Shown here one piece after another: positions 6,407-15,640 of a DNA stretch of 38,443 nt; position 1 is the stretch's first letter; each line of letters begins with the position of its first letter. Made by a program: the position numbers and the translations under genes. The stretch lies in the IMG/VR virus record IMGVR_UViG_3300022930_000017, positions 1 through 38,443 of that record. The stretch is one strand, 5' to 3'. The notes below the pieces were generated by a model. That model was not told the origin of the DNA, made no database searches, and saw only the letters and a list, made by a program, of their open reading frames with translations. The DNA comes from a virus (lineage: Duplodnaviria; Caudoviricetes).

Positions 6407-7749
6407 CTCCCACCTCTTGCCTTATATATAATACCTGCCCAGTGGGTAGGATTCTTATAACCACGTTTAATAGCCAATGCTTTAAGCTCCTCGAACGTCC
6501 TAGCAGCGCCCTGCTCCTGTTTCTTTATTTTCTCTTCCTGTGCTTGCTGCTCCTTAATAAGCTCCAACTCACCAGCTATTTCCTCAACAGTACGTTCACG
6601 CCTTAAATTAATATGACCACACTCAGGGCATTCCTCTGCTGGTGCATAACAAGCCTTGCACTTCTCGCATTCCCTAACCGCTATAGTCGCTTCTTTAGCA
6701 GCTCTCGCTTTCTTTCCCTCTAAACTCCACTCAATAGGCGTATCAGGTAACCCATGCCGCTTAAAGTTATTTACATGGTCTAATATAATACAGGTCTTAT
6801 CCGGTATATAACGCAAGCCCCTACCATTTCCTTGCCGCACCACAATTAAACTAGCGCTAGGTCTGCGCCATACTACACACTCAATAGCCGGTAAGTCGTA
6901 ACCCTCCAATATCATAGAAACCGATACAACAACCAGCAACTCACCAGCTTTAAATTTATTGCTTATATCGTCGCTCTCTTCACTATTTAAGCTACTCTCT
7001 AAGCTCGCAGCAGGAATACCAGCCGCACAGTAAGCCTGCGCTACTTCCTGTGCGGCTTTAATAGAGTGAGCAAATACTACAGCGCGCTTTCCATTAGCAT
7101 ACTTCTTATACGACTCAATACAGTCACCAGTTATAGTGCTTTTCTCGTATAACTTATCTATACTGGCAGTAGTATACTCACCGCCTGCTTTTCTAAGCTG
7201 AGATGTATCTATTCCAGAAGGTGCATAATATTTATATGGGCTTAAACGCTTGTTATTAATCAGCCATTGCATATCAGGCGCTTGTATCATGTGGTTAGCA
7301 TAAGCACCCAATCCTTTGCCATCAGTGCGCTCAGGTGTAGCTGTAAGCAGCAGCCTATAAGTGCCCTTAGTAGATATAACATCGTATGTTTTAGCACCTA
7401 TGTTATGTGCTTCATCTACTACAACTAAATCAGGTTCAGAGAAACGATGAATGCGGTTAGCTAATGTTTTTGCCATACAGATATATATACGTTTATTAGG
7501 GTTGTATGGCTTGCGGGCTGCAATAAATCCAAAATCAATACCTTCTCTGGTAAAAGCATCAATAACATCACTGAACAACCGCTTACGGTGAACAACAAAC
7601 CACGCTGTACCTTTAAGTGTGGAAAATATATCAGCCGTAAGCGTAGTTTTCCCAAAACCAGTAGGAGCTACTAATAGCACTGATTTATGCTCAAGAAGTG
7701 CCGCACGCAACTTCTCTTTAACTTCTATCTGGTCTGGGAATAACTTCAT
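6403..7749 (-). CDS. SF2 DEAD/DEAH helicase with C-terminal Zn finger
   Basis: APTGFGKT, VVDEAH, LTATPER, QGNGRGLR, CEKC/CPEC. Confidence 0.95.
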   Translation of the reverse strand: MKLFPDQIEVKEKLRAALLEHKSVLLVAPTGFGKTTLTADIFSTLKGTAWFVVHRKRLFSDVIDAFTREGIDFGFIAARKPYNPNKRIYICMAKTLANRIHRFSEPDLVVVDEAHNIGAKTYDVISTKGTYRLLLTATPERTDGKGLGAYANHMIQAPDMQWLINNKRLSPYKYYAPSGIDTSQLRKAGGEYTTASIDKLYEKSTITGDCIESYKKYANGKRAVVFAHSIKAAQEVAQAYCAAGIPAASLESSLNSEESDDISNKFKAGELLVVVSVSMILEGYDLPAIECVVWRRPSASLIVVRQGNGRGLRYIPDKTCIILDHVNNFKRHGLPDTPIEWSLEGKKARAAKEATIAVRECEKCKACYAPAEECPECGHINLRRERTVEEIAGELELIKEQQAQEEKIKKQEQGAARTFEELKALAIKRGYKNPTHWAGIIYKARGGR

Positions 7750-7751
7750 AA

Positions 7752-8171
7752 TTAAAACAGTGGAATACTATCTGCTAGGTCATCAGCAATATTAGGATTG
7801 CCCTTATCTATATAGCTAGCCACTACATTCTTAGGTGTAAAGTCACCCTGTGCAGGCTGAGTTTTAATAGAAGCCTTGCCAGCCTTACCTTCAAAGTGAC
7901 CCGCGCTTAGGTTGCCTGTGTCGTACTGACTAAGTAAGCCCATAGCTTTAGCAGCAGCTTTAAGTTTAAAATCCTGTGTGCTGGTGATATAATCTTTAAT
8001 AGTCTTTGTTTTCTCGTCATCATCAAAGAAACGTAGCTCAAGAACTACCATATCATTGCCGCTGGATTTACTTACAGCGTCCTCAGCACTTACAACCTCG
8101 AAGTCGTAAATACCGTCTTTCCATAGTCCCGCTTCCGCCAATTCATTATCTGTTTTAGGTTTAAATTGCAT
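7752..8171 (-). CDS. DUF669-like ssDNA-binding protein
   Basis: DGIYDFEVVSAE..SKSSGNDM; acidic tail DDLADSIPLF; lies between AAA ATPase and helicase. Confidence 0.8.
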   Translation of the reverse strand: MQFKPKTDNELAEAGLWKDGIYDFEVVSAEDAVSKSSGNDMVVLELRFFDDDEKTKTIKDYITSTQDFKLKAAAKAMGLLSQYDTGNLSAGHFEGKAGKASIKTQPAQGDFTPKNVVASYIDKGNPNIADDLADSIPLF

Positions 8172-9028
8172 TATTTTCCTTCCTTTATGTAGTTAATTAT
8201 TTTATCCAGCTTATCCGAATCCATATCATCTAGCTTGTCGCACTTAGCGGCAGCCAGCCATTTATCCATAACTCCCTCTTTCAACTTATACGTCTCAAGA
8301 AGTATTTTAACCTCAGCTAACTGCTCAGGTGTGGCAAGTTTAATAGGCGCAGATACACGCTCAATAACAGCCCTGCCGTAACGCTCTGCAAACTCCTTGT
8401 ATGACCACTCGAAGTTACCGCCATCAGGAAAACCCTCTAATCTGGATTTCTTAATAAATGCCTTTCTAGAATCGCCCTGTTTCTTAATATTGAGCGTAAG
8501 GTCTAATATATACTCCAGCTTTTCCCATGCATCATAAGTTACGCCTACCTGCTTCTCGTTAGCCCACTCTGCTTTTTCGTGAGCAATAAGAATAACATTC
8601 ATATCCAGCCTATCTAACCAGTTAACTAAGCTGCGCTGATAAGCAATAGCTGGCTTCTTGCTGGCACCGAATGCGTCCTTATCACCTAAGCGCTCTGCTT
8701 CTTTAGCTATCTCGATGTTAGCGAGATGCGAGATACTATCTATAATAAGTGTTTTATATTCATGCTTCTCTGTAGCTAAAGCTTTAACCTGCTCTATAAC
8801 TTCTTTGAAATTATTAGCCCCTTGCTCAACGCCTAAATATACACCGCCTGCACGGCTTAATTTATCTGTGTAGTGGTTACGTGTTGCACCAGCTTCACTA
8901 TCTATATAATAGCAGTTAGGGAAGTCTAATGATGTGAACGTTTTACCTGCTCCGGCTTTGCCGAATATAATAAGCTTCGGCTTTTGTGGGCTAACCGTCT
9001 GTGGACATACTGCTTTTAATCTACTCAT
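8171..9028 (-). CDS. AAA ATPase (Sak4/AAA_24-like recombination protein)
   Basis: Walker A GKAGAGKT, IDSE, TLIIDS, LIAHEK. Confidence 0.88.
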   Translation of the reverse strand: MSRLKAVCPQTVSPQKPKLIIFGKAGAGKTFTSLDFPNCYYIDSEAGATRNHYTDKLSRAGGVYLGVEQGANNFKEVIEQVKALATEKHEYKTLIIDSISHLANIEIAKEAERLGDKDAFGASKKPAIAYQRSLVNWLDRLDMNVILIAHEKAEWANEKQVGVTYDAWEKLEYILDLTLNIKKQGDSRKAFIKKSRLEGFPDGGNFEWSYKEFAERYGRAVIERVSAPIKLATPEQLAEVKILLETYKLKEGVMDKWLAAAKCDKLDDMDSDKLDKIINYIKEGK

Positions 9029-9288
9029 TTTCTATTTCCTATATAATAATCGTTTAATGCCTGTAATACCGTTAGTAAATCATCATATGCATCTTGAGTT
9101 TTTTCTACTACATACTCATCTAAGGCACACGCAACACGATGTTTAATAAAAGCTTCCTCACCAATAGAAGGTTTATTTAAATGCTCTGTAAAAGCATCTT
9201 TTACACCATCGTAAATAGCAGCTTGCACATCAGTATAATGCGGCAAACAACTAACGAACGCTTCCTGTGTTTCTTTTTTATTTAACAT
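9025..9288 (-). CDS. Hypothetical protein
   Basis: AAGGAG RBS; first gene after the leftward promoter. Confidence 0.7.
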   Translation of the reverse strand: MLNKKETQEAFVSCLPHYTDVQAAIYDGVKDAFTEHLNKPSIGEEAFIKHRVACALDEYVVEKTQDAYDDLLTVLQALNDYYIGNRK

Positions 9289-9298
9289 AATTTTCTCC

Positions 9299-9338
9299 TT
9301 GCTAACAACTTTATAACATGCTAAATTTCCGTAGTCAA
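9299..9338. promoter_or_regulatory. Overlapping opposed sigma70-type promoters
   Basis: Rightward TTGCTA-N17-TAAATT (9299-9327); leftward TTGACT-N17-TATAAA (9338-9310); both have extended -10 TG. Confidence 0.7.
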
Positions 9339-9366
9339 CTAATTTTTTAACACAGGAGGAAAATAA

Positions 9367-9645
9367 ATGACATATTCAGAAATGATTAAACAAGCCCGCA
9401 AAGACTCTGGCCTTACGCTAGAATATGTAGCTGAGAAGCTTAATACAAGCGCATCTTACTTGCATGATATAGAAAATGGAAAGACTAAAACGCCTAAAAT
9501 GACATTACTTACCCAGTTAGCAGGGTTCTACTATATGGATAGAGACAAGTTATTAGTAGCAGCCGAAAGAATACCTGATGATGTGTTTTATAAAATCATT
9601 CGTAATCCACAATTAATTCAGGTCATCAGAGATGCAAACGTTTAA
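9367..9645 (+). CDS. XRE/Cro-CI family HTH regulator
   Basis: IKQARKDSGLTLEYVAEKLNTSASYLHDIENGK; AGGAGG RBS. Confidence 0.93.
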   Translation: MTYSEMIKQARKDSGLTLEYVAEKLNTSASYLHDIENGKTKTPKMTLLTQLAGFYYMDRDKLLVAAERIPDDVFYKIIRNPQLIQVIRDANV

Positions 9646-11560
9646 CCAAGCTGTTACTGATTTTGGTATAATAGCTAACCATATACCTGATGACGGAGTT
9701 ATATATCGTTATCCAACTTATGATAAGCCGCGCAGCCTGAATGGCTGGGCTGTCTTATTCGAGGGCGCAGAAGGCGGAGTATATGGAGATTGGCAAACGG
9801 GGGAGCAGTGCAACTGGCAAGCTGATTATGCTGACCCCGTTCGATTAAAAAAGAGTAGAGAAGATTTTAAAATAAAGCAAGAAAAAGCTTATGAAGAGGC
9901 CGCACAAGAAGCTAACAAGTTATGGAATAACTATGATTTAGAAGGTGAGAGTCTTTATTTAACTAGAAAGAAAGTTAAAGCCCACGGTATAAGATTTAAT
10001 AACGGCCTTATAATAGTGCCGTGTTTGCGGGATAATAAAATAGTTACATTACAGACTATCTATCCAGACGGATTTAAAAGCTTTATGAGCGGTGGCGGAT
10101 TTAAAGGCAGTAGTTTTGTTATACAAGGCGATAATAGCAGAATTATTATATGTGAGGGCTACGCTACCGGAGCAAGTATATATGAAGCTACCGGATTTAC
10201 TGTAGTTATAGCATTTAATGCTGGTAATATTCCAAATGTAGCTAAGAACTATAAGGGTAAGCCGGTAACTATAGCCTGTGATAACGATGCGAATGGAGTA
10301 AGTGTTAAGTTTGCTAAGAAGACGGAATTCCCGCATATTATGCCAAAAGAAGTTGGCAAAGATTTTAATGATATAGCCAGAGATATACCAAGTTATTTCT
10401 TTGATTTATCACCGGCATTTAGTTTAAAGCATTATTTAGAAGATAAATCACCGATACCTGTAGATTTAATATCACCACGTATATTAACTCCTAATGGTTT
10501 AATGGTATTTGGTGGCGCACCTAAAGTCGGTAAGTCTGATTTCTTAGTTAATATGCTAGTTGCTATGGCAGGTGGTCAGCAATTCATGGGCATGACTCCA
10601 GCTAAGCCTCTGCGTATATTTTATCTTCAAGCAGAGGTAGAGTATCACTATTTAAGAGAACGTTTAAAGTGCATTGAAAACGTAGGTTCAGAGGCTGAAA
10701 ATAATCTTTTCATTACGCCGCACTTAAAGATGATTCTAAATTCAGATGGTGTTCAGCGCATAGCCCGCACTATTAATGCTCATTTTAAAGATGGTATAGA
10801 TATTATAGCTATTGACCCCCTAAGAAATGTTTTCGATGGCGAAAATGAAAACGACAATAATAGCATGATGACTTTTTTAAGAGAGCGCATAGAGCTGCTA
10901 AAGGAGCTTACAGGTAATCCTGCCGTAATAATAGCCCATCACACCAAGAAAATAAGTAAGGAAGCATTGGTTGAAGACCCGTTTCAAAGCCTCAGCGGTG
11001 CAAGCGCATTGCGTGGATATTATACTACAGGCATTATTATGTACCGCCCCGAAGAAACCTGTTCAGAGCGCAGAATAACATTTGAGCTTAGAAACGGTGC
11101 TAAAATTGATGATAAAAATATAGATAAAATTGAAGGTAGATGGTGTCAGATTGATAAAGAGTCTAGCCGTCTAGTAGGCCAACATCATGGCGAAAGATTA
11201 GATGCCGAGCGTCTACGCAAACGTGATGCTATACTAAATATTATAGCCACAGAAGCCGAAGAAAAAGGTCTGTTATATACTTCCAGACAGTTCAGAGAAA
11301 CGTTCGAGGGACGCGATGGATTAGGTGGAAATACGACAATAAGAGATAGAATTAGCGTTCTTGCAACTAAAGGATATATTAAATTTCGTAGCATAAATGC
11401 AACGCACGGTGTGAAAAATGAGCTTATTATCGAAGGTATGCAACTTTTAGACACTATAACAGGGGAGCTGTTGCCGGTGAGTGCAACCCATTGTAAATCA
11501 AAGACAAATGGACGAATTGTCGAAGACCCGAACCCAGATACGTGGATTTACGAAAATTAA
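9632..11560 (+). CDS. Primase-helicase (Toprim + RecA-like AAA_25)
   Basis: Toprim CEGYATG...IACDND...KDFND; helicase GAPKVGKS, LQAE, IDPL, HHTKK, SGASAL. Confidence 0.92.
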   Translation: MQTFNQAVTDFGIIANHIPDDGVIYRYPTYDKPRSLNGWAVLFEGAEGGVYGDWQTGEQCNWQADYADPVRLKKSREDFKIKQEKAYEEAAQEANKLWNNYDLEGESLYLTRKKVKAHGIRFNNGLIIVPCLRDNKIVTLQTIYPDGFKSFMSGGGFKGSSFVIQGDNSRIIICEGYATGASIYEATGFTVVIAFNAGNIPNVAKNYKGKPVTIACDNDANGVSVKFAKKTEFPHIMPKEVGKDFNDIARDIPSYFFDLSPAFSLKHYLEDKSPIPVDLISPRILTPNGLMVFGGAPKVGKSDFLVNMLVAMAGGQQFMGMTPAKPLRIFYLQAEVEYHYLRERLKCIENVGSEAENNLFITPHLKMILNSDGVQRIARTINAHFKDGIDIIAIDPLRNVFDGENENDNNSMMTFLRERIELLKELTGNPAVIIAHHTKKISKEALVEDPFQSLSGASALRGYYTTGIIMYRPEETCSERRITFELRNGAKIDDKNIDKIEGRWCQIDKESSRLVGQHHGERLDAERLRKRDAILNIIATEAEEKGLLYTSRQFRETFEGRDGLGGNTTIRDRISVLATKGYIKFRSINATHGVKNELIIEGMQLLDTITGELLPVSATHCKSKTNGRIVEDPNPDTWIYEN

Positions 11561-11569
11561 CTAATATTC

Positions 11570-12060
11570 CTATATTTAATTAAAATATTAACCTTTTTTA
11601 AAAGAGGGGTTGAAACCCGCATGAATACTGGGGTGTTTTTTTAAGAGCCGCGCTGGCTGGGCTGGGCGCGCTAGTACCTCGTTTTTAGGGTAAAATAGGC
11701 CTCAAAGTGGCTGTAGCTGGGCTGGGCGTTTTTTGCCCGGGTCTGGAAGGCGCAGAAACCCTAGGTCGTGTTTTTGAAAAGGCCTATGGCTGGGGCGGGC
11801 GCTCACTTCTAACACCAAAATGCATAAGTCGTTGAAATATAAGGGAAATGGGTGGGCAACTTTTGTTTTTATTTTTGGACTATGAAATCATAATGCCCGC
11901 CCCTATGGCTGGGGCTTTCAGAGCCTAAAATAAAAAGTTGTCAGTACACCTTCCCCCTAAAGGGGGAAGAAAACCGCTAGGGTTTTTCTTTTCCCCCTTA
12001 GAGGGTAATTTGCGTTTTCTGTATAAAAGTTTCATAAAGATGATATAAATAAATTCGCAA
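11570..12060. other. Probable replication origin
   Basis: Non-coding region after the primase; GCTGGGCTGGGCG x2, CCTATGGCTGGGGC x2, GC hairpins, AT-rich flanks. Confidence 0.65.
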
Positions 12061-12076
12061 GTAGCGAAAATAATTA

Positions 12077-12105
12077 TTGACTAGCTAGTTTTGTTACGCT
12101 ATATT
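12077..12105 (+). promoter_or_regulatory. Rightward early promoter
   Basis: TTGACT-N17-TATATT, palindrome ACTAGCTAGT, then CAACGGGAG leader. Confidence 0.75.
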
Positions 12106-12131
12106 CAGAATACAAACAACGGGAGAGGGAA

Positions 12132-12323
12132 GTGGATAGATTAAAAGAAGATTACCTAAAAGCTTTGGTTGACCACATAGGGCGTGTTAATTACCAAATA
12201 GGTGGAAATGATGCTACCGGTTATGGTGGTAGCCCGAACAATCAAGCTTTACAAAAAGAGCGGGAGAGTTTGCAAAAAAGGTTTAATTTGTTTTTAGATT
12301 CAGAAAAGGTAATGCCTAGATAA
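12132..12323 (+). CDS. Hypothetical protein
   Basis: GTG start after GGGAGAGGGA. Confidence 0.6.
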   Translation: MDRLKEDYLKALVDHIGRVNYQIGGNDATGYGGSPNNQALQKERESLQKRFNLFLDSEKVMPR

Positions 12324-12357
12324 ACAATAACCCAGACTTGGGTGGGGAGTGAGTAAG

Positions 12358-12687
12358 ATGGGAGTAGATTTAACGTTGGGCGTAATGGACTGGGAAGATG
12401 ATAAAACAGCTTATTGTTTTTCACGTTTAAATTTAGAGCGCCGTAGAGAGTTGTGGCCTGAAATTAACGGAAAGCCTCTAGGCAAGAAGGTAAGTGGTTA
12501 TTTTAAAGATAATTATGGCGAAATCACAGAAGATTGTTATGGCGGTAAAATTACATACTTAGAAGCTGGAGAATTGCTTGAACTGAAAAACCACGAAAGT
12601 GTCAGAGATAATTTTACTAACAGAGCTATTTGGGCTTATTTGGCTGAGTTGCCCGCAGACCACAAGATTATTTTATACTGGAGTTGA
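12358..12687 (+). CDS. Hypothetical phage protein
   Basis: MGVDLTL...IILYWS; ATG after GGGGAG. Confidence 0.7.
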   Translation: MGVDLTLGVMDWEDDKTAYCFSRLNLERRRELWPEINGKPLGKKVSGYFKDNYGEITEDCYGGKITYLEAGELLELKNHESVRDNFTNRAIWAYLAELPADHKIILYWS

Positions 12688-12688
12688 T

Positions 12689-12847
12689 ATGAAAAACAAC
12701 AATAACGACATAGACCAATTAATGGAAGAATGGCTCGAGGAATTAGAGGTGGAACATGCGCAGAGTATGGCACGGTTACGCTCTTTGGGTGGATGGCTCT
12801 TAGTGGGATTCGTGGTTTGGTTAGCGTTTGTGGCAATTAATTGGTAG
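12689..12847 (+). CDS. Small membrane protein
   Basis: C-terminal TM LGGWLLVGFVVWLAFVAINW; GGAG RBS. Confidence 0.55.
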   Translation: MKNNNNDIDQLMEEWLEELEVEHAQSMARLRSLGGWLLVGFVVWLAFVAINW

Positions 12848-12853
12848 GTGGGT

Positions 12854-13027
12854 ATGGAGCCTGATTTGAACAGAAGAATTGATGAGGCTATGATTAAAGC
12901 TGATAGAACCTCTAAGGAAGCAGAAGGTTTATTGGATGGCCTAAAAGACTCGAAATATTATTACTTTAAACTTGGTTACGATGCAGGATTAGAAGAAGGA
13001 AGGAAAAATGAATTTAGAAGATATTAA
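12854..13027 (+). CDS. Hypothetical protein (57 aa)
   Basis: MEPDLNRRIDEAM...FKLGYDAGLEEG; fills the operon gap. Confidence 0.55.
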   Translation: MEPDLNRRIDEAMIKADRTSKEAEGLLDGLKDSKYYYFKLGYDAGLEEGRKNEFRRY

Positions 13028-13328
13028 GAAACAAGCTAAGATTGCTGAACAATGGCTAGAACTCGGGGCTTTTTATACTGACCAACTCCCTTTCCCTAAA
13101 GCACTCATTGCCGCCGCTCGTTTATTAGAGCAGGTTGAGGTTGTAAGAAGTGACGAAGTGAAGCAAATGGGAGATTTGTTAGAGGTTAAATATGGAGAGC
13201 GTGGGGAATTTACAGATTATATAAAATGTAAAAACGATGGCGGCCTTCCAGCAGTAACGCTTTCAACGCGAGTAATAATGCGTAACAACAAACCAGCTAT
13301 TTATTTACCAAAGGAGATTGCAGAATGA
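13008..13328 (+). CDS. Hypothetical protein
   Basis: 106 aa; GGAAGG RBS. Confidence 0.65.
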   Translation: MNLEDIKKQAKIAEQWLELGAFYTDQLPFPKALIAAARLLEQVEVVRSDEVKQMGDLLEVKYGERGEFTDYIKCKNDGGLPAVTLSTRVIMRNNKPAIYLPKEIAE

Positions 13329-13534
13329 GTGATTATATAGAAGATGTTATCTGGAGGTGGAATAAGGCTTGCGGTAATATGGCTGGTGTTCCTACGCAGT
13401 TCTGGAATGACTTGAAGTGCTTTCTAGCCTCTTTATTTGGGTTTGCTTTTTTTATATCAGTTCTGCCGCTAGTTCTTCTAATTCCTATTGTATCAGGCGT
13501 TTATTGTATACTAGGTAAATTAAACCACAAATGA
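13325..13534 (+). CDS. Small membrane protein
   Basis: Long hydrophobic C-terminal half; AAGGAG RBS; ATGA coupling. Confidence 0.6.
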   Translation: MSDYIEDVIWRWNKACGNMAGVPTQFWNDLKCFLASLFGFAFFISVLPLVLLIPIVSGVYCILGKLNHK

Positions 13535-13561
13535 AACAAACACTCAATCAAGCGAGGGAAT

Positions 13562-13744
13562 ATGACTGATATAGAAAATTGTCCATTCTGTGGCAAGCAA
13601 CCAGAGTTAAACCATACCTTTGGCAAGCTGGTTATAGAATGCAGATATAAGAAATGCACAATTAGACCAAGTACGTGGTTGGCAGTATCAACAGATAAAC
13701 TCAAAGTGGTTATCAAAGCTTGGAACACACGAGGAAAGATATGA
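13562..13744 (+). CDS. Lar-like (restriction alleviation family) Zn-finger protein
   Basis: CPFCG...C..KKC...IKAWNTR signature. Confidence 0.75.
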   Translation: MTDIENCPFCGKQPELNHTFGKLVIECRYKKCTIRPSTWLAVSTDKLKVVIKAWNTRGKI

Positions 13745-14052
13745 AACAAACACCAGAATTTAATAGGCATCGGCATAATAAATTAATTTGTTGTGATTGC
13801 AATGAACGCCATGCAGAAATTGGTTCGATTGCATGCAGTCATTGTAACAATAAGACGAATAAAATGGTGTTAGAAAAAGTTAGTAAGGAAGCCAAGCTGC
13901 AACAACGCATTGCATCGCTTGAGGAAACTTTGGCTATAGCAATGGGGGATATTGTCTATTTAACTCATGAAAGAGCCGATAAAGACCGCTTTGGCGACAC
14001 AATACACGCAATTGAAACTCTTTTAAACAAAAAGGATACCCATGATAAATAA
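13741..14052 (+). CDS. Hypothetical Zn-finger/coiled-coil protein
   Basis: CCDC...CSHC; ATG 13741 after GAGGA. Confidence 0.6.
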   Translation: MKQTPEFNRHRHNKLICCDCNERHAEIGSIACSHCNNKTNKMVLEKVSKEAKLQQRIASLEETLAIAMGDIVYLTHERADKDRFGDTIHAIETLLNKKDTHDK

Positions 14053-14392
14053 CGTACTGCAAGAAATTAGGGGAGCTTTAGCTATGGCATGGAATGCACT
14101 TGATTGGTACACCGAGAAAAGTGGTCATGAAGCATGCGTGAGTGTAGGTAAGGCAATTAAAAAACTCGATGCTTATATCGCTGATAATGGGTGGTTGCCG
14201 ATTGATTGCGCACCGAAGGATGGAACATTGATTTTAATCTGTTTTAAGAGCGAACTACTGTCTGTATGGTGGCAACAAACTACGTTTTGGAGCAATGAAG
14301 AATGCTGGGAGGGCCTGCCTAAAGACATCATACCCACCCACTTCCAATATTTACCCCTCCCACCAACAGGAAACACTAACAAAGGAAAGTAA
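14042..14392 (+). CDS. DUF551-like protein
   Basis: WLPIDCAPKDGTLIL...PTHFQYLPLPP. Confidence 0.8.
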   Translation: MINNVLQEIRGALAMAWNALDWYTEKSGHEACVSVGKAIKKLDAYIADNGWLPIDCAPKDGTLILICFKSELLSVWWQQTTFWSNEECWEGLPKDIIPTHFQYLPLPPTGNTNKGK

Positions 14393-14784
14393 TGGATATT
14401 AACAATGCAAAACAAATACTCTATATGGAAGAGCGGAGAGAATATACTAAGAATTGTTTTAAAAGGCAGTTAGATGAAAACATCGCTAGAATTGCGGAGA
14501 TAGCTAACCATGAGTGGATAAAGAGAATGCCTCTAGTAAGGAAGGTAGACGAATGCTGTGAGGATTTCTTAGAGCGGGTAGAGGATGAGAGGTTGGTAGT
14601 TATGGTAGAAGAAAGGCTTTTGCAAGGATTTAAAAAATCTAAGGGGTGGTTTTTGATAGACCAAGACAAGAAACAAGAATATAGGGAAGATTATATCGGA
14701 AGCGATAGAGACTACCACTATGTGATAAAGCGGGTAGAGCCTACACCATACGAATCATTAACCCATCTTTTTAACGGAGCGTAG
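14392..14784 (+). CDS. Hypothetical protein
   Basis: 130 aa; TAATG coupling. Confidence 0.65.
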   Translation: MDINNAKQILYMEERREYTKNCFKRQLDENIARIAEIANHEWIKRMPLVRKVDECCEDFLERVEDERLVVMVEERLLQGFKKSKGWFLIDQDKKQEYREDYIGSDRDYHYVIKRVEPTPYESLTHLFNGA

Positions 14785-14785
14785 G

Positions 14786-15061
14786 ATGAGATTTGAAGGA
14801 CAAGTATATATAGGCGAAACACCAGTTAATGAAATTAAGCATGGTGATGTTATTACTTACCGCGGTAAAGATGGTGGTGAGGGTGTTATGGAAATTGACC
14901 CGATAACTAGGAAAGTAAAAATACCAAAAGCATTCCAGAGATTTAGAGCTGAAGTTAAAAATGGTGTGGTAGAATTAAAGATTGTTCCTTCTGAATTGGC
15001 GGTATCCCCCATTAAAAGGAAACATAGCCACGTTAACAAGTATGAGAGAATAGGGAAATAA
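14786..15061 (+). CDS. Hypothetical protein
   Basis: 91 aa; GGAG RBS. Confidence 0.6.
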   Translation: MRFEGQVYIGETPVNEIKHGDVITYRGKDGGEGVMEIDPITRKVKIPKAFQRFRAEVKNGVVELKIVPSELAVSPIKRKHSHVNKYERIGK

Positions 15062-15062
15062 C

Positions 15063-15188
15063 ATGGAACAAATGAGTGCCATAGAACTGTCTTACTACAT
15101 TTCAGAGCATTACCCGCATTACGGTGATTTAAAGCTAAGGAACTGGCAACAAGTATATGAATATTTAATAACGGGGAAAATAACATGA
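15063..15188 (+). CDS. Hypothetical protein (41 aa)
   Basis: MEQMSAIELSYYISEHYPHYG...; ATGA-coupled to the next gene. Confidence 0.5.
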   Translation: MEQMSAIELSYYISEHYPHYGDLKLRNWQQVYEYLITGKIT

Positions 15189-15319
15189 TAGACTTTATTG
15201 AATGGCTCTTAGGAGCGATAATAGTGACTGCGTTTCTATGTGCAGTTGGCGCTTTATTCGGTGGATGGGGATTAGTCCTTGTAATCACTGGATATTTTAT
15301 ATTAGGGGCAAGATACTAA
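15185..15319 (+). CDS. Small 2-TM membrane protein (44 aa)
   Basis: MIDFIEWLLGAIIVTAFLCAVGALFGGWGLVLVITGYFILGARY; AACGGGGA RBS. Confidence 0.55.
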   Translation: MIDFIEWLLGAIIVTAFLCAVGALFGGWGLVLVITGYFILGARY

Positions 15320-15431
15320 TAGAATCTTTATGCAGATAAGCGCACCCTTAAACTATGACACACGAACAAATAATTCAGATGTTGTTGAGAATCCACTTCA
15401 AACTAGCAATGGTTGCGAGATGATTAAAGTA

Positions 15432-15460
15432 TTTACAAAGCGTGAAAGATACCGTATAAT
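15432..15460 (+). promoter_or_regulatory. Sigma70-type promoter
   Basis: TTTACA-N17-TATAAT, 9 nt before ATG 15470. Confidence 0.7.
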
Positions 15461-15469
15461 ATTGGAATT

Positions 15470-15640
15470 ATGGAAGTTATCCCGCAACAAGATGTAACCA
15501 TTGGTGATAAAATCACACATAACGGCGTTACCTACGTTGTTGATGAGCATTTCTCACAAGGTAAAGATTTAGTGGGTTCTAAATATACGCATATTATGTA
15601 TTCAAACAAAGGTGCATTTGGGATGGTGGAACATGTTTAA
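15470..15640 (+). CDS. Hypothetical protein (56 aa)
   Basis: MEVIPQQDVTIGDKITHNGVTYVV...; directly after the promoter. Confidence 0.55.
   Translation: MEVIPQQDVTIGDKITHNGVTYVVDEHFSQGKDLVGSKYTHIMYSNKGAFGMVEHV

Noticed and set aside
11650-11920. CRISPR or REP-like array
   Set aside because: Short heterogeneous repeats next to a primase fit origin iterons better.
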